The position numbers and the translations under genes were made by a program. DNA of 64,000 nt from a virus: the IMG/VR virus record IMGVR_UViG_3300040960_001746; one strand, given 5' to 3'. Below, piece by piece: positions 17,964 to 27,943 of the stretch. The notes below the pieces were generated by a model, which saw only the letters and a program-made list of their open reading frames with translations, was not told the origin of the DNA and did no database searches. The stretch's first letter is position 1. Each line of letters begins with the position of its first letter.

Positions 17964-18137
17964 TTACGCATTTTTCTTATTAGACACATCAACTCTAATC
18001 TCTTGACAAAGATTTTTTATATCTTGACATCCTTTTCTTACTCTAGTTCCTGCAGCCTTATTTCCTTTTTCATAGAACTTAGTAAAGTCCTCTTCTAATC
18101 CTGCAACCAAATTCTTTAATTGTTCGTACAATTCCAT
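17964..18137 (-). CDS. Histone H1-like (Hc1-family, Bacteroidota-type) nucleoid protein, 57 aa
   Basis: Below the ORF-track cutoff; MELYEQLKNLVAGLEEDFTKFYEKGNKAAGTRVRKGCQDIKNLCQEIRVDVSNKKNA carries the KGNKAAGTRxRK signature. Confidence 0.85.
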   Translation of the reverse strand: MELYEQLKNLVAGLEEDFTKFYEKGNKAAGTRVRKGCQDIKNLCQEIRVDVSNKKNA

Positions 18138-18148
18138 AATTTTAATTT

Positions 18149-18382
18149 TTATTCGTTATTATTATTTTCTTCTGAGTCTAAAGAACCCATATACTCACTC
18201 AGCATTTGTATTTTGTTATTATTCTCACTAATTTCACCCAATATCCTATCAAAATCAATTTTTTTATGAGTAGTGGGTTGAGTGTCATCATTTAATACCC
18301 TATTTAACTCTAATTCTAAAGTATCTCTATGTGATACTAAGTCAGATAACATAATTTGTAAAAACTTAACCTTTGAGTTCAT
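18149..18382 (-). CDS. Small coiled-coil protein
   Basis: Start MNSKVKF avoids overlap with the upstream gene. Confidence 0.6.
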   Translation of the reverse strand: MNSKVKFLQIMLSDLVSHRDTLELELNRVLNDDTQPTTHKKIDFDRILGEISENNNKIQMLSEYMGSLDSEENNNNE

Positions 18383-18425
18383 ATGACAATGATATGATAA
18401 AAAATCCTTAAAATCAATAGTAAAC

Positions 18426-18887
18426 TCACTTTTTTGTCTTAAAATAAAGACTTTTTTCAAACATCTTATACAATTCTATCATAATATCTATGTCTGATCT
18501 AGACTTTATCCTATTAAAGTCAAATGAAAGTTCTGCTAACTTATCTATTTTTTCTAAAGACTTTTCACTGTCTTTGTAAAACAACTCATCATAAAAGTAA
18601 AAGAAATATTCTCTCAACTTTTCTGTATTATCAAATATAATTTTTTCTTCTTTAAAGTTTGACTTAACTTTATTAAAACACCATAAAAAATGTTCTAATA
18701 TTTGTTTTTCAGAACTTATATATTCTAATCCAAGATATGTGTCAATTAAAGTTTTATTTAAAGACTTAATAAAATCATAATATAAATTACACCTATCATA
18801 TTTTATATCGTTTGCTTTATATAATAGGTGCATTTGTTCATATCCTAAAGGATTAACCATATAATTAATAAATTCTGAATTAGACAT
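18426..18887 (-). CDS. Hypothetical protein
   Basis: 153-aa aromatic-rich helical ORF. Confidence 0.7.
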   Translation of the reverse strand: MSNSEFINYMVNPLGYEQMHLLYKANDIKYDRCNLYYDFIKSLNKTLIDTYLGLEYISSEKQILEHFLWCFNKVKSNFKEEKIIFDNTEKLREYFFYFYDELFYKDSEKSLEKIDKLAELSFDFNRIKSRSDIDIMIELYKMFEKSLYFKTKK

Positions 18888-18914
18888 AGTTAAATATAAC
18901 TATATAATATTATA

Positions 18915-19805
18915 TTATAAAGATAATAACATATCTAAAAGTTCAGGTTGTGGGAACATATCTACCTTATCTTTACGTGTATTGGTGTGTGTCCACATTC
19001 CTTTAACTTTACCATAGTATGCGTTCTCATTGAATTCGAAACCTTTAGCACCATTTTTTCTCACTTCTTCTACTAACCCTTTTCTAACATCGATATTATC
19101 TCTTTCCGCAATATAAAGAATCCATTTACGAAGAACATCGATTTGTTTATCTGAGTATCTATGCCAAGTCTTATGTCCTCTAAACGATTCAGGTAAGGTT
19201 ACAATTTGCGATTCATGTACTTTAGTCCCTGCATATGTTTTACCATCAACAACATAACCAAAGTTGTTAACTTCAATACCTACTGAATGAGTGTGCATAT
19301 ACTGTGAACCATTTTTTCCTAAGTGCCAACCATAACCACCTTCAGGAATACATTGTAGTAGTTTACCATCGTAAGTATCATCATTTCCTTTAACAGATGG
19401 CCCACCTAAAACAAATTCAGTTGCAACTGCACCTCTCTTATCTCTACCCCAATGATCTATAGTCCTATAAGGATTATGCCAACCAGCAGTGTGGTGTAAG
19501 AATAAGTATTCTTTATTAGTAGGACCTTCTTTATATTCCCCTTTAGGTAGGAAATACTGTTCTATTATTAAACCATCAGGTAGTTCAATAAATTTTTCTG
19601 AATTATCCGTTGTTGCTAGTTCATCTAACCCCATTGCTGACCATGTTTTTGGACCAACAATACCATCAACTGTTAATCTATTATCTGATTGCCAAGACAT
19701 CACTGCTGCTTCAGTCCCTTTACCGAAAATACCATCATTTCCAATATTTAAAAATTCTTGAAGTAATTTAACTTCTGATCCTCTACTACCTACTTTTAGT
19801 AACAT
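18915..19805 (-). CDS. Endolysin: peptidoglycan-binding domain plus N-acetylmuramoyl-L-alanine amidase (Amidase_2)
   Basis: LKVGSRG..VKLLQ..DGIFG..VDGIVGPKTW; LHHTAG, SVGIEV, THT, KVD. Confidence 0.9.
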   Translation of the reverse strand: MLLKVGSRGSEVKLLQEFLNIGNDGIFGKGTEAAVMSWQSDNRLTVDGIVGPKTWSAMGLDELATTDNSEKFIELPDGLIIEQYFLPKGEYKEGPTNKEYLFLHHTAGWHNPYRTIDHWGRDKRGAVATEFVLGGPSVKGNDDTYDGKLLQCIPEGGYGWHLGKNGSQYMHTHSVGIEVNNFGYVVDGKTYAGTKVHESQIVTLPESFRGHKTWHRYSDKQIDVLRKWILYIAERDNIDVRKGLVEEVRKNGAKGFEFNENAYYGKVKGMWTHTNTRKDKVDMFPQPELLDMLLSL

Positions 19806-19825
19806 TTTTTATTTTTTATTTTTTA

Positions 19826-20623
19826 TTATTGTGGTGGCTGATTTGACTCAACCCATTCCATATATTCTTCTAATATCCATATATTATTTTCAATAATGTT
19901 AGATTTAACTCTATCAATTAATTCATCAAAAAACTTTTTCAAAGAAGATTCTTTTAAATCTTTAAGTGGTGTTACTTTTAAAAAACCAGAACCTAAAATT
20001 TCTTCATAATCTGCATCGTGATTTTCTTTACCATTCCATTCCGCCAAACCTTCATCTTGTGCAATCCAATCAGTACCAAACATCCCATTTTTTTTGTTAG
20101 GTAAAAATGATGCATATACAACCGTAAATGGTATGTTGTCGCCAACACTATCTAATTCTATAGATTGGAATTCTTCTACAATGGCTTCTTCTATTGGCAT
20201 ACCCATTAAACTAAATTCCCATTCAAATCCACCGATATTAATTCTTTTATTAACGTAATTATCATTATAATATGTTAACAATATTGGTTGTATAATATCT
20301 TTGTCAGTATCATAATTAAATTCACTACCTTCCATAGAAGAATCTATATCTAAATCAATAAACAATATATCTTTATATCTTTGATAAAATTTATATACTT
20401 TAATTAGGTGATCGTAATCGTAATAATTTAAATGTTTTGCAACCTTTATTATTTTTTCACCTTCCGACAAATCCCAACTATTTGTAATCTCACCTGTTCT
20501 TTGATTTGTATAATAATTTTTTTCATCTTTAATAACATTAAAGAATTTAAGAATGCCTTTATCTAACTTAGATAAATCTAAATCGTCAATTACTGACTCT
20601 ATTAATAATTTTTTAAATTTCAT
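19826..20623 (-). CDS. Hypothetical protein with leader (MKFKKLLIES)
   Basis: 265-aa ORF preceded by ATATTTATA. Confidence 0.7.
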   Translation of the reverse strand: MKFKKLLIESVIDDLDLSKLDKGILKFFNVIKDEKNYYTNQRTGEITNSWDLSEGEKIIKVAKHLNYYDYDHLIKVYKFYQRYKDILFIDLDIDSSMEGSEFNYDTDKDIIQPILLTYYNDNYVNKRINIGGFEWEFSLMGMPIEEAIVEEFQSIELDSVGDNIPFTVVYASFLPNKKNGMFGTDWIAQDEGLAEWNGKENHDADYEEILGSGFLKVTPLKDLKESSLKKFFDELIDRVKSNIIENNIWILEEYMEWVESNQPPQ

Positions 20624-20648
20624 ACACTATATAAATATTAGTAAAAAT

Positions 20649-20676
20649 AAAAAAGGTACCCATACTGAGTACCTTT
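20649..20676 (-). terminator. Intrinsic terminator
   Basis: AAAGGUACUC-AGUAU-GGGUACCUUUUUU on the minus strand. Confidence 0.7.
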
Positions 20677-20699
20677 AAAAAAATAATTAAAAAGATAAA

Positions 20700-21536
20700 T
20701 TATAGTAAAGATTTCCCTTTAGTAGATTCAAACAACTTAGTAAATGTTTTTGTTTCTTCACCATAGTTATTTGTTTTACCCATAGAATCAGAATACTTAT
20801 AGTTGAAAAGTTTTTTCATCTTATTAGTATCTTCATTAATCATATTCTTATTTTTATAACCTAATACTGTACCTTCTTTTAAAGTATCGTCCCATCTTAC
20901 TTTGAATGTTTGGTTACCGTCAGTCATTAAGAATACGTGACCATCATACTTATAGTGTTCAGGGATTAATTTTTTCATTTCGTATTCGTTCTCAAATTCA
21001 TTTTTAAAGTTCAATCTTTTCATTTTACCTTCATTTATTGGTTTATCTGTTATCCTCACTTTTGGTGTGTAATGGTATTCATCTGGCGAATCATACTTAT
21101 GTTTAAGATATTTCTCACTATTATCTTTTAATTTGTCATAAGTTTTATCTTCTTTTTCTCCTTCACCAAAACCATCATGTGTACCAAATACTTCATCATA
21201 TTCAGAAGTATCGTTTAATGCGTCTATTCTATCCATAAACGATTTAAACACTTCAGTGTCTTCATTATCATATTTTAATCCTGACATTTTACCCGCCCCT
21301 AATGCCTCAACTTCATACGCTTCTTCGTAATCTGATCTATTTACTTTAGGTTCGATAAATTCTTCTTCCTTATCAAAATCATAATAGTTTGACATTTTTT
21401 TCTCAAAGTCTTTTAATTCATCAGTGTTAAAAGTTCCACTTTCTTTTCTTGCTTTCATAGCAGTTTTTAACCCAGCAGGTTCTTTTTGTTCTCTGATAGT
21501 AATTTTAGCTTTTTTAGTTAAAAATCTTTTTCTCAT
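20700..21536 (-). CDS. Charged hypothetical protein (putative head/internal protein)
   Basis: Multiple hydrophobic-x-E sites (TIRE, PINE, MINE); ATATTTATA upstream. Confidence 0.65.
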   Translation of the reverse strand: MRKRFLTKKAKITIREQKEPAGLKTAMKARKESGTFNTDELKDFEKKMSNYYDFDKEEEFIEPKVNRSDYEEAYEVEALGAGKMSGLKYDNEDTEVFKSFMDRIDALNDTSEYDEVFGTHDGFGEGEKEDKTYDKLKDNSEKYLKHKYDSPDEYHYTPKVRITDKPINEGKMKRLNFKNEFENEYEMKKLIPEHYKYDGHVFLMTDGNQTFKVRWDDTLKEGTVLGYKNKNMINEDTNKMKKLFNYKYSDSMGKTNNYGEETKTFTKLFESTKGKSLL

Positions 21537-21576
21537 TTTTATCTTTTTTATATAAATATCTAAAAATTAGATAATG

Positions 21577-22863
21577 TTATCTTTTTATTTTTAATTTACC
21601 TTTTTTTATTGTCTTCACCACTCTACTTTCGTTAAAATACCCATCTATTTCCATATCTGAGGTATCTGATAATGTAATAGGTGAACCACTAGGCCCACCA
21701 GATCCTTGATCACAATAAGGGTAATTCTTACATTTCTTTTTTATGTTAACAAATTTACCTCCTGGATATGCTTTCTTAACTCTATTTCTCCAATTACCCT
21801 TACCTTTCGCCCAAAACTTAGGTGTCACATATTGTCCACCAACACTACCTACAGTTGTTGCCTCATCTAACTCACCTTCCTCTTCTAAAACTTCTTTATC
21901 TTCATTGAAAGAATACAAACTACCTATAGGTTTATTAATACCCCCTTTAGGTAACCCATCTACTGATACAGGTATTTCAGACTTTTTAAATGTCCTTCTA
22001 ATAGTTTTTCCACCTAATGGTGCGACAAACGCACCTGATGAAGACGCACCAGTAGCCTCGTCTATTTCCTCTTCAGAATCTAAATCTATATATAAATCAT
22101 CAAAATTAGGTTTATCATCATTAGTCTTCCTCAACTGATCAAATTCTTTTGGGGATTCTCTCCTACTGTAATCATCTCTAAAGTCTCTTCTCATCCTTCT
22201 AGATATCCTATTAGAATCTAAATCCTCATCTACATTTTCTCTATATGATAATTTTACTCCATCTACACTAACTTCCTTACCACTATGTAGTTTTTCCATT
22301 TCTGATTTTGATATTCTAATTGTTTTTTTGTTTTCACCTTTTTTATCTTCTATGGCGATAATACCATATTCAGGATCAGTGTAATAATCTGCAAACTCCG
22401 CAATATGATCCATAGCAATTTCTTTTGCTAGTTTTTTAGAGTCAGTGTGTTCCATTTCTATTTTAGTACCCACCCTAATCTCTTTTTCAATTTCTCTTAC
22501 ATCTACATTGTGTTTATCCGCCAAATCTTTCGGTGTCATTTCATCTGCCTCACCCCCTTTAAATTCTTCCTCTTCACTAAAAACAATATTTTTTAAATCT
22601 TGCACATTACTCATCTGTGCCGCCTTATGAAATTCTTGTCCTATAGAAGAACGTTCTTCGTTCATATCTTCAGCCCTACATTTAATTCTCATTAAACCAA
22701 TTAAATTTTCTAATTTATCTAAATCTTTTTCAGGTAACTCATGTAATTTATTTAATTGATTATACATTTTAATACCTACCTTAAGTTGATCCATATTCTG
22801 GCATGAAAGAATTACCTCTCTAGTTCTTTCATAATCACCTTTCATTTTTTCACTATTCATCAT
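21577..22863 (-). CDS. DUF5661-containing modular protein
   Basis: GTKIEMEHT...AKEIAMDHIAEFADYY; start placed at the ATGA overlap with the upstream stop (track start 22899). Confidence 0.65.
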   Translation of the reverse strand: MMNSEKMKGDYERTREVILSCQNMDQLKVGIKMYNQLNKLHELPEKDLDKLENLIGLMRIKCRAEDMNEERSSIGQEFHKAAQMSNVQDLKNIVFSEEEEFKGGEADEMTPKDLADKHNVDVREIEKEIRVGTKIEMEHTDSKKLAKEIAMDHIAEFADYYTDPEYGIIAIEDKKGENKKTIRISKSEMEKLHSGKEVSVDGVKLSYRENVDEDLDSNRISRRMRRDFRDDYSRRESPKEFDQLRKTNDDKPNFDDLYIDLDSEEEIDEATGASSSGAFVAPLGGKTIRRTFKKSEIPVSVDGLPKGGINKPIGSLYSFNEDKEVLEEEGELDEATTVGSVGGQYVTPKFWAKGKGNWRNRVKKAYPGGKFVNIKKKCKNYPYCDQGSGGPSGSPITLSDTSDMEIDGYFNESRVVKTIKKGKLKIKR

Positions 22864-23120
22864 TTTATCGCACTTACCCAAAATTGTCTTCTCATCCATA
22901 ACTCTCTATAGAGTTTAACGAGAACATCTTTATTTATTTCTACTATTTCTTTTTTGAATTTACTACCTTTGAGTTCCTTTTCGATTATCTTAAGAACCTT
23001 CTTTTCAAAGTCATTACCAAACGCATCTTTGATTTCTTTACGAATCATCACACCGATTTTATTTTCATCGGTTTTCGTTAAAGCTTCTTTAATTATTTGT
23101 TTAAGACGTAAATCATCCAT
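22860..23120 (-). CDS. Small helical protein with leader (LKQIIKE)
   Basis: 86-aa ORF with ATATTTAT upstream. Confidence 0.7.
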   Translation of the reverse strand: MDDLRLKQIIKEALTKTDENKIGVMIRKEIKDAFGNDFEKKVLKIIEKELKGSKFKKEIVEINKDVLVKLYRELWMRRQFWVSAIK

Positions 23121-23161
23121 AAAATATCTTTATAAATAAATATTAAGAATTTTATAAAAAT

Positions 23162-23620
23162 CTACAATAATAAAATTAATGTTAATATAGGTAGAACTAC
23201 AGAACCAACAAACCCCAACCTTTTAAGGTTTCTTTGTTTTTTTATTTCTTTTTTTTGACCCTCTATGGTTAAATCTTTATATTCTATTTCTTTTATCTTA
23301 TTAGTAATAATATCATTAAGATTTTTTATGATTTCATCTTTGTTTTTATTCTGTAACTCTAATTTTTCTATTATACTATCTTTTAAAATAATTTTTTCAG
23401 AATTTAAACTATCCCTTTCAACATAGACATTTAATAAACTATCTGTAATTTCATATTCCAATAAATCAGATAGTATGAGTTTAGCATCAGACAAACTCAT
23501 AATTACTAACGTATCACCGTCTTTATTTACTACACTCTCAATGGTTCCGTTTGATGTAGTCTGTGAGATTGCGGGTAACACCATTAACATCCATATTGTT
23601 AACATGATCAAATACTTCAC
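23162..23620 (-). CDS. Signal peptide, coiled coil and C-terminal TM (spanin-like)
   Basis: MKYLIMLTIWMLMVLPAISQ; heptads; terminal hydrophobic helix; overlaps the upstream gene. Confidence 0.5.
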   Translation of the reverse strand: MKYLIMLTIWMLMVLPAISQTTSNGTIESVVNKDGDTLVIMSLSDAKLILSDLLEYEITDSLLNVYVERDSLNSEKIILKDSIIEKLELQNKNKDEIIKNLNDIITNKIKEIEYKDLTIEGQKKEIKKQRNLKRLGFVGSVVLPILTLILLL

Positions 23621-23930
23621 CTTTCCTCTTTTTTAATTTCTTAATCTCTTCTTCGTTTTTATTTAAAACTAAATTTACTGAATCAACACTTTGATTTAGG
23701 TTATCTATTTCTATCTGAAGATTATTATTTAATGATATGATACTATCATTTGATTTTAACAATAAAACGTTTTTCTCGTTTAGAAGGTTTATTTCTTCTT
23801 CGTAATAATTAATATCTTTAGAAGGTCTAAATAGTATCATAAAAACAACTATTAAACCTAAGACTATTATAAAAACAGTTTTAATATCTATATTAAATTT
23901 AAACATATTAGAATTCTCCTTCTCCACCAA
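23538..23930 (-). CDS. Membrane-anchored coiled coil (i-spanin-like)
   Basis: N-terminal TM followed by a long coiled coil. Confidence 0.5.
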   Translation of the reverse strand: MVEKENSNMFKFNIDIKTVFIIVLGLIVVFMILFRPSKDINYYEEEINLLNEKNVLLLKSNDSIISLNNNLQIEIDNLNQSVDSVNLVLNKNEEEIKKLKKRKGEVFDHVNNMDVNGVTRNLTDYIKRNH

Positions 23931-24426
23931 ACTCTTCTTCAGTATTTTCTTCAGTTTCTAAAGGTTCTGGACCTTCTTCTGCGTTTTCTTCATCAGTCAC
24001 ATCATTTTTATACTCTTCCGCAATTTTAGTTGCCCATTCATTTGACCATGTATCATAATACGCAACTAACTTCTGAATTTGTTCCAATGTAGACTGATTT
24101 AATTGTAATAAGTCTGCAGTAATATATACACCATTAGTATCATCTAAAGAATAAAACCATTCTAAGTTATTAGATGTAAATTTACCACTAAATTCTACGT
24201 TTTGTGCTTTAGGGTATAGTTTGAATCTATTGAATTCTACTCTAGGTGTCACAGTATCCCTAAACTTCTTTTCTTCCTCTACTAAAGCCGCAGGGTCATC
24301 TTCACCTAAATCTTTATCTTCTGTAGGTTCACTTTGTTCTCTAAGTAACCTTACATTTTTTTTATTTGTGTTAATAGATTCTCTTATTAATCCTAACATT
24401 CTTTTTGTTTCATCGTGTTGACTCAT
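23908..24426 (-). CDS. Hypothetical acidic protein with leader (KRMLGLIRES...LLREQ)
   Basis: 172-aa ORF. Confidence 0.7.
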   Translation of the reverse strand: MSQHDETKRMLGLIRESINTNKKNVRLLREQSEPTEDKDLGEDDPAALVEEEKKFRDTVTPRVEFNRFKLYPKAQNVEFSGKFTSNNLEWFYSLDDTNGVYITADLLQLNQSTLEQIQKLVAYYDTWSNEWATKIAEEYKNDVTDEENAEEGPEPLETEENTEEEFGGEGEF

Positions 24427-24437
24427 ATCTTTTTATT

Positions 24438-25634
24438 TTATGTACTTATATTATCACTATCACTTATCTCTTTAAATATATCAAAAGATTTCTTAAAGAA
24501 AGTACTCATCGAATTTAAACTATTTTTAATTTTTTCAGGACTTCTAAAATTACGTATATTACTATTATGTTTTGTTAATTCTTCTTCTGTTAAATCTTCA
24601 ACGCCCTTTGTATATATCCCTTTTTTATCTGTAAAAGTACTATCTTTTATACTTGGGTTATACCCATATTTTTTAAAATTTTCATAAACTTCACCACTAA
24701 GTTTTAAATTCCAATTTGTTTGCCAAATATCTGCATTTTTTTCTGAAACTTCCTCTAAATTAAAACCTTCTTTTTCTACTTCATCTTCATTTACATCTTT
24801 TAATAATTTAATAAACCACTCTTTATCATCAAAAGATTTTTTCATAAATGATACACCATCTTCTAAAGTATCGAAAGATGCAAATGACCTAACACCTTCC
24901 GCATCTTTAGAACAAAACATACCTGTTATTTTTTCATCTTTCCCTTCACCCCACTTACCTGAATCTGTTTGTATTCCAGAATAATTGTAATTAGGTCCAC
25001 ATATTTTATCTCCACTACCTTGTTCTTTTATCATTACTGATAGTATTGCAGATTTACCCAAAATACTTAGATCTTTAAATGTTTTTTCTATCGCCTTAGC
25101 CATATCTTTTTTACTAACACATCTTTTTCTTTTTAATACATATGATAAATCAGGATAATATTTGTCACTACGTTTTTTACATATTTCCATTCTATTAGGT
25201 GTTACACCACCCATTTTTTTATATCTTTCAATAAAATCTTCGTAATCAGTTAAAATATTAGTTATTTTAGATTCATTTTTTTCTAAAACACCCTCAAACT
25301 GATTAATATTATCATTAGATAATTCTTTAGAGTTAATAGCTGACATTAAAGCGTTTTTAGTGTCGTTACCAAAATCACCATCTACCCCATCACCATCTAT
25401 CCCATAACTTTTATTAAGTTTACCTAAAGCTACTAAAGTTTTCTGTAATAATAATATAGACTCTATTGCGTCACTAGTGTCATTTAATGGTAAATCTGGT
25501 TTAAGTTTATCAACAATTTCTTTAGATATGACACTTTCAGTATCTTCATTAATCATAGGATTTTTAGGGTCATAATTAAGTATCCTTTTAAACCTATTAA
25601 GTTCTTCTACCAATAATTTATTTTTCATCTTCAA
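24438..25634 (-). CDS. Peptidoglycan-binding domain plus lysozyme-like (GH73-related) domain
   Basis: LQKTLVALG...GVDGDFGNDTKNAL; MIKEQGSG..NYNYSGIQ..FASFDTLEDGV. Confidence 0.6.
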   Translation of the reverse strand: MKMKNKLLVEELNRFKRILNYDPKNPMINEDTESVISKEIVDKLKPDLPLNDTSDAIESILLLQKTLVALGKLNKSYGIDGDGVDGDFGNDTKNALMSAINSKELSNDNINQFEGVLEKNESKITNILTDYEDFIERYKKMGGVTPNRMEICKKRSDKYYPDLSYVLKRKRCVSKKDMAKAIEKTFKDLSILGKSAILSVMIKEQGSGDKICGPNYNYSGIQTDSGKWGEGKDEKITGMFCSKDAEGVRSFASFDTLEDGVSFMKKSFDDKEWFIKLLKDVNEDEVEKEGFNLEEVSEKNADIWQTNWNLKLSGEVYENFKKYGYNPSIKDSTFTDKKGIYTKGVEDLTEEELTKHNSNIRNFRSPEKIKNSLNSMSTFFKKSFDIFKEISDSDNIST

Positions 25635-26232
25635 TAAGTTTTTTAAACTTTTTAAAATCCCAACTAGGATTTAAATCAGTACTTTCTTTATAATAGTTAC
25701 TCCTATATACCACACCCTCAAAATATTCGACACTATCTATAAAAGTATTGTGTCCTACACATTTTTTAGGTATATTATGTAACTCACATAAGTGTTTAAC
25801 TAATTCTACAGTAGAAGTGATTTGTTTTTTGGTATATGAATCCCAGTATGTAAACCCTCGCCATCGTTTTTCGTAAACACTCTTTCTTCTCTTATAAATA
25901 TTACCAACCCAATTAAAGTACGAATCTTTTAATAAATCTTTTTCTAACCACCCTTGATTCTCTAATAATATTACAATAACTTTTTTATCTACAGACTTAC
26001 TACCTAAAAAATCTGAATACTTTGTTGAGTCATAATGTTGTACGACATCACCATTCCTAAAAACAGTGAAGGGTGAAGTTTTTTTATATTCACCCGACAT
26101 TCTTTTTTTCCAACCTTTTATATGGTTATCTTTTTCTGAAAAAGTGTTCGCTAAAACTATTTGTCTTTTCTCAAACTCAGTGGGGTAAAAATTTTTTTCA
26201 TCTAATATATATTTTTCATTATCAATTAACAT
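25618..26232 (-). CDS. Amidase_2-fold protein, Zn ligand lost (probably inactive)
   Basis: Paralog of the 18915-19805 amidase domain; IVLANT in place of LHHT; W..Y..KQI, GHN and D..P retained. Confidence 0.65.
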   Translation of the reverse strand: MLIDNEKYILDEKNFYPTEFEKRQIVLANTFSEKDNHIKGWKKRMSGEYKKTSPFTVFRNGDVVQHYDSTKYSDFLGSKSVDKKVIVILLENQGWLEKDLLKDSYFNWVGNIYKRRKSVYEKRWRGFTYWDSYTKKQITSTVELVKHLCELHNIPKKCVGHNTFIDSVEYFEGVVYRSNYYKESTDLNPSWDFKKFKKLIEDEK

Positions 26233-26234
26233 AC

Positions 26235-27224
26235 TTAATCAATTCTCTTAATATTAGTTTTACCCGATTTCATTGGTTGATTAACAGTGGTTTTGTTTTC
26301 GATTCTTTCTTTTAATTCTTTAGGTGTTACTTTTTCCATAGACTCACCTCTAGACTCTTTATATTTCTTTAATGCATTTTCTATTAATTCATTGTCTACT
26401 TTCTCCACAGTTTTACTAACTTCTTCGTTCATCTGTTTTTCTAATTCAACCTGACTATCTACTATTGGTTCTATTGTGTCAGAACTATTTTCTTCTAATT
26501 TTGTATTATCTGGTTGTTCATCAAATAACTCACTTATTTCTTCCTCAGATAAACTATTGATCATATCATTCATTACCATATCTAATGCATGATCTCCATC
26601 CCATTCTTCTTCAATCTCATTTCTATATTTTGAGTTTGCTAATGCCGTAGGTTCATCTTTAATATCTTCTTCTGTTGGTTCAGTAAGTTTACCTTCTTTT
26701 TTTAATTCTTTTACTTTTTCCCAAACTCTATCTGCCTCTTCACTTAATGGTGTTTTCTCTTCAGGTTTCTCATACTTAACAAAGAAGTGTAGTGATGTTA
26801 AAGATATGATAGGTAACAACCCACCTTCTAAAAAAGCCAACCATCTTTTCATCCCAACAACATCAGTTAATTCAGTACCCATAAGTTCCCATATTGGTCC
26901 TGTTAACTCTACCCAAGATTTAAATAACTCACCATTAGCGTCAATCTCTTTATATGAAAAAAATATGTTACCTACCATCTGAATGAAGGTGACAATACCA
27001 AACATAAACCATATACCTCCTTTGATTTTATTTGTCGCAGCAACTAATGCAGTGATTGCCGCAAACTCAATGGCAATAGAAAGATATATCGCCCAATTAA
27101 TTGGGTTTGCCATATCATACCAAGTAACAACGTGAGATATTGATATGCCTGCCACTAATAAAATAGGGACTAAGAACATCGCCCTGTTAGGGTTATTTTT
27201 TAACCAATTCCAAATCTGTTTCAT
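26235..27224 (-). CDS. Multi-pass membrane protein with acidic C-terminal tail
   Basis: About four TM helices in the first 150 aa, then Glu/Lys-rich. Confidence 0.7.
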   Translation of the reverse strand: MKQIWNWLKNNPNRAMFLVPILLVAGISISHVVTWYDMANPINWAIYLSIAIEFAAITALVAATNKIKGGIWFMFGIVTFIQMVGNIFFSYKEIDANGELFKSWVELTGPIWELMGTELTDVVGMKRWLAFLEGGLLPIISLTSLHFFVKYEKPEEKTPLSEEADRVWEKVKELKKEGKLTEPTEEDIKDEPTALANSKYRNEIEEEWDGDHALDMVMNDMINSLSEEEISELFDEQPDNTKLEENSSDTIEPIVDSQVELEKQMNEEVSKTVEKVDNELIENALKKYKESRGESMEKVTPKELKERIENKTTVNQPMKSGKTNIKRID

Positions 27225-27388
27225 AATTCAAATCCTAAATTTAGTATGATAAATCTAAACTTACTACATCCTTTATTATCACAAGGACATACTTTTATTT
27301 CAAATAAAGTTAACGTACCTAACCTTAGAGTTATACTATATTTGTTTTTTTTATTTCCACTTTTCCAAGAGTTTATCCAATTAATCAT
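27221..27388 (-). CDS. Small protein, 55 aa
   Basis: Not in track; MINWINSWKSG...VCPCDNKGCSKFRFIILNLGFEL; ATGA overlap with the next gene. Confidence 0.65.
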   Translation of the reverse strand: MINWINSWKSGNKKNKYSITLRLGTLTLFEIKVCPCDNKGCSKFRFIILNLGFEL

Positions 27389-27399
27389 AATTTTATATT

Positions 27400-27564
27400 T
27401 TACATTATATCTTGTTGATCCTTTAGATGGTTTTCTAAATTCACTATTATTTTTACTAAATCTTTATAGTCTTGACTTTCTTTACCGCCAGACCTAAGTT
27501 CGAGTAAAAGTTCTTCTGCTTTATATAATAATGCGAGTAACTGATGTTCTTTTTTATTCCCCAT
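27400..27564 (-). CDS. Small helical protein, 54 aa
   Basis: Not in track; MGNKKEHQLLALLYKAEELLLEL...; TAATG overlap with the upstream stop. Confidence 0.65.
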   Translation of the reverse strand: MGNKKEHQLLALLYKAEELLLELRSGGKESQDYKDLVKIIVNLENHLKDQQDIM

Positions 27565-27893
27565 TATTTTTGTAAGTCTTTTATATTAGTTTTTACTATT
27601 TGGTGTAATTCCATTAGTTGTTGTCCTCTGTCTTTCGATGAAATCCAACTATCGTAGTCTAAATGAATATTAATCTTTTCTACTCTAATTATTTCAGGAA
27701 TACTATCTAATTTATTATTTAGACTACCTATTTTATTATGTAGACTATCTATTTCTTTCTTTTGTGTTTCAGTTATTTTCCCCAATCTTTTAATATCTCT
27801 TGACTTACCACAAGATTTAAAAAAGAAAAACAATAATAATACACTTAATATGTAAATTTTGTATTTTTTTAATAGTTCAATAAATTTTTCCAT
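27564..27893 (-). CDS. Membrane-anchored or lipoprotein coiled-coil protein
   Basis: Hydrophobic stretch ending FFKSC, followed by heptads. Confidence 0.6.
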   Translation of the reverse strand: MEKFIELLKKYKIYILSVLLLFFFFKSCGKSRDIKRLGKITETQKKEIDSLHNKIGSLNNKLDSIPEIIRVEKINIHLDYDSWISSKDRGQQLMELHQIVKTNIKDLQK

Positions 27894-27943
27894 AATATCT
27901 ATTTTTATATAAATATAAAGATTTTAACAAATATAATCAATAG

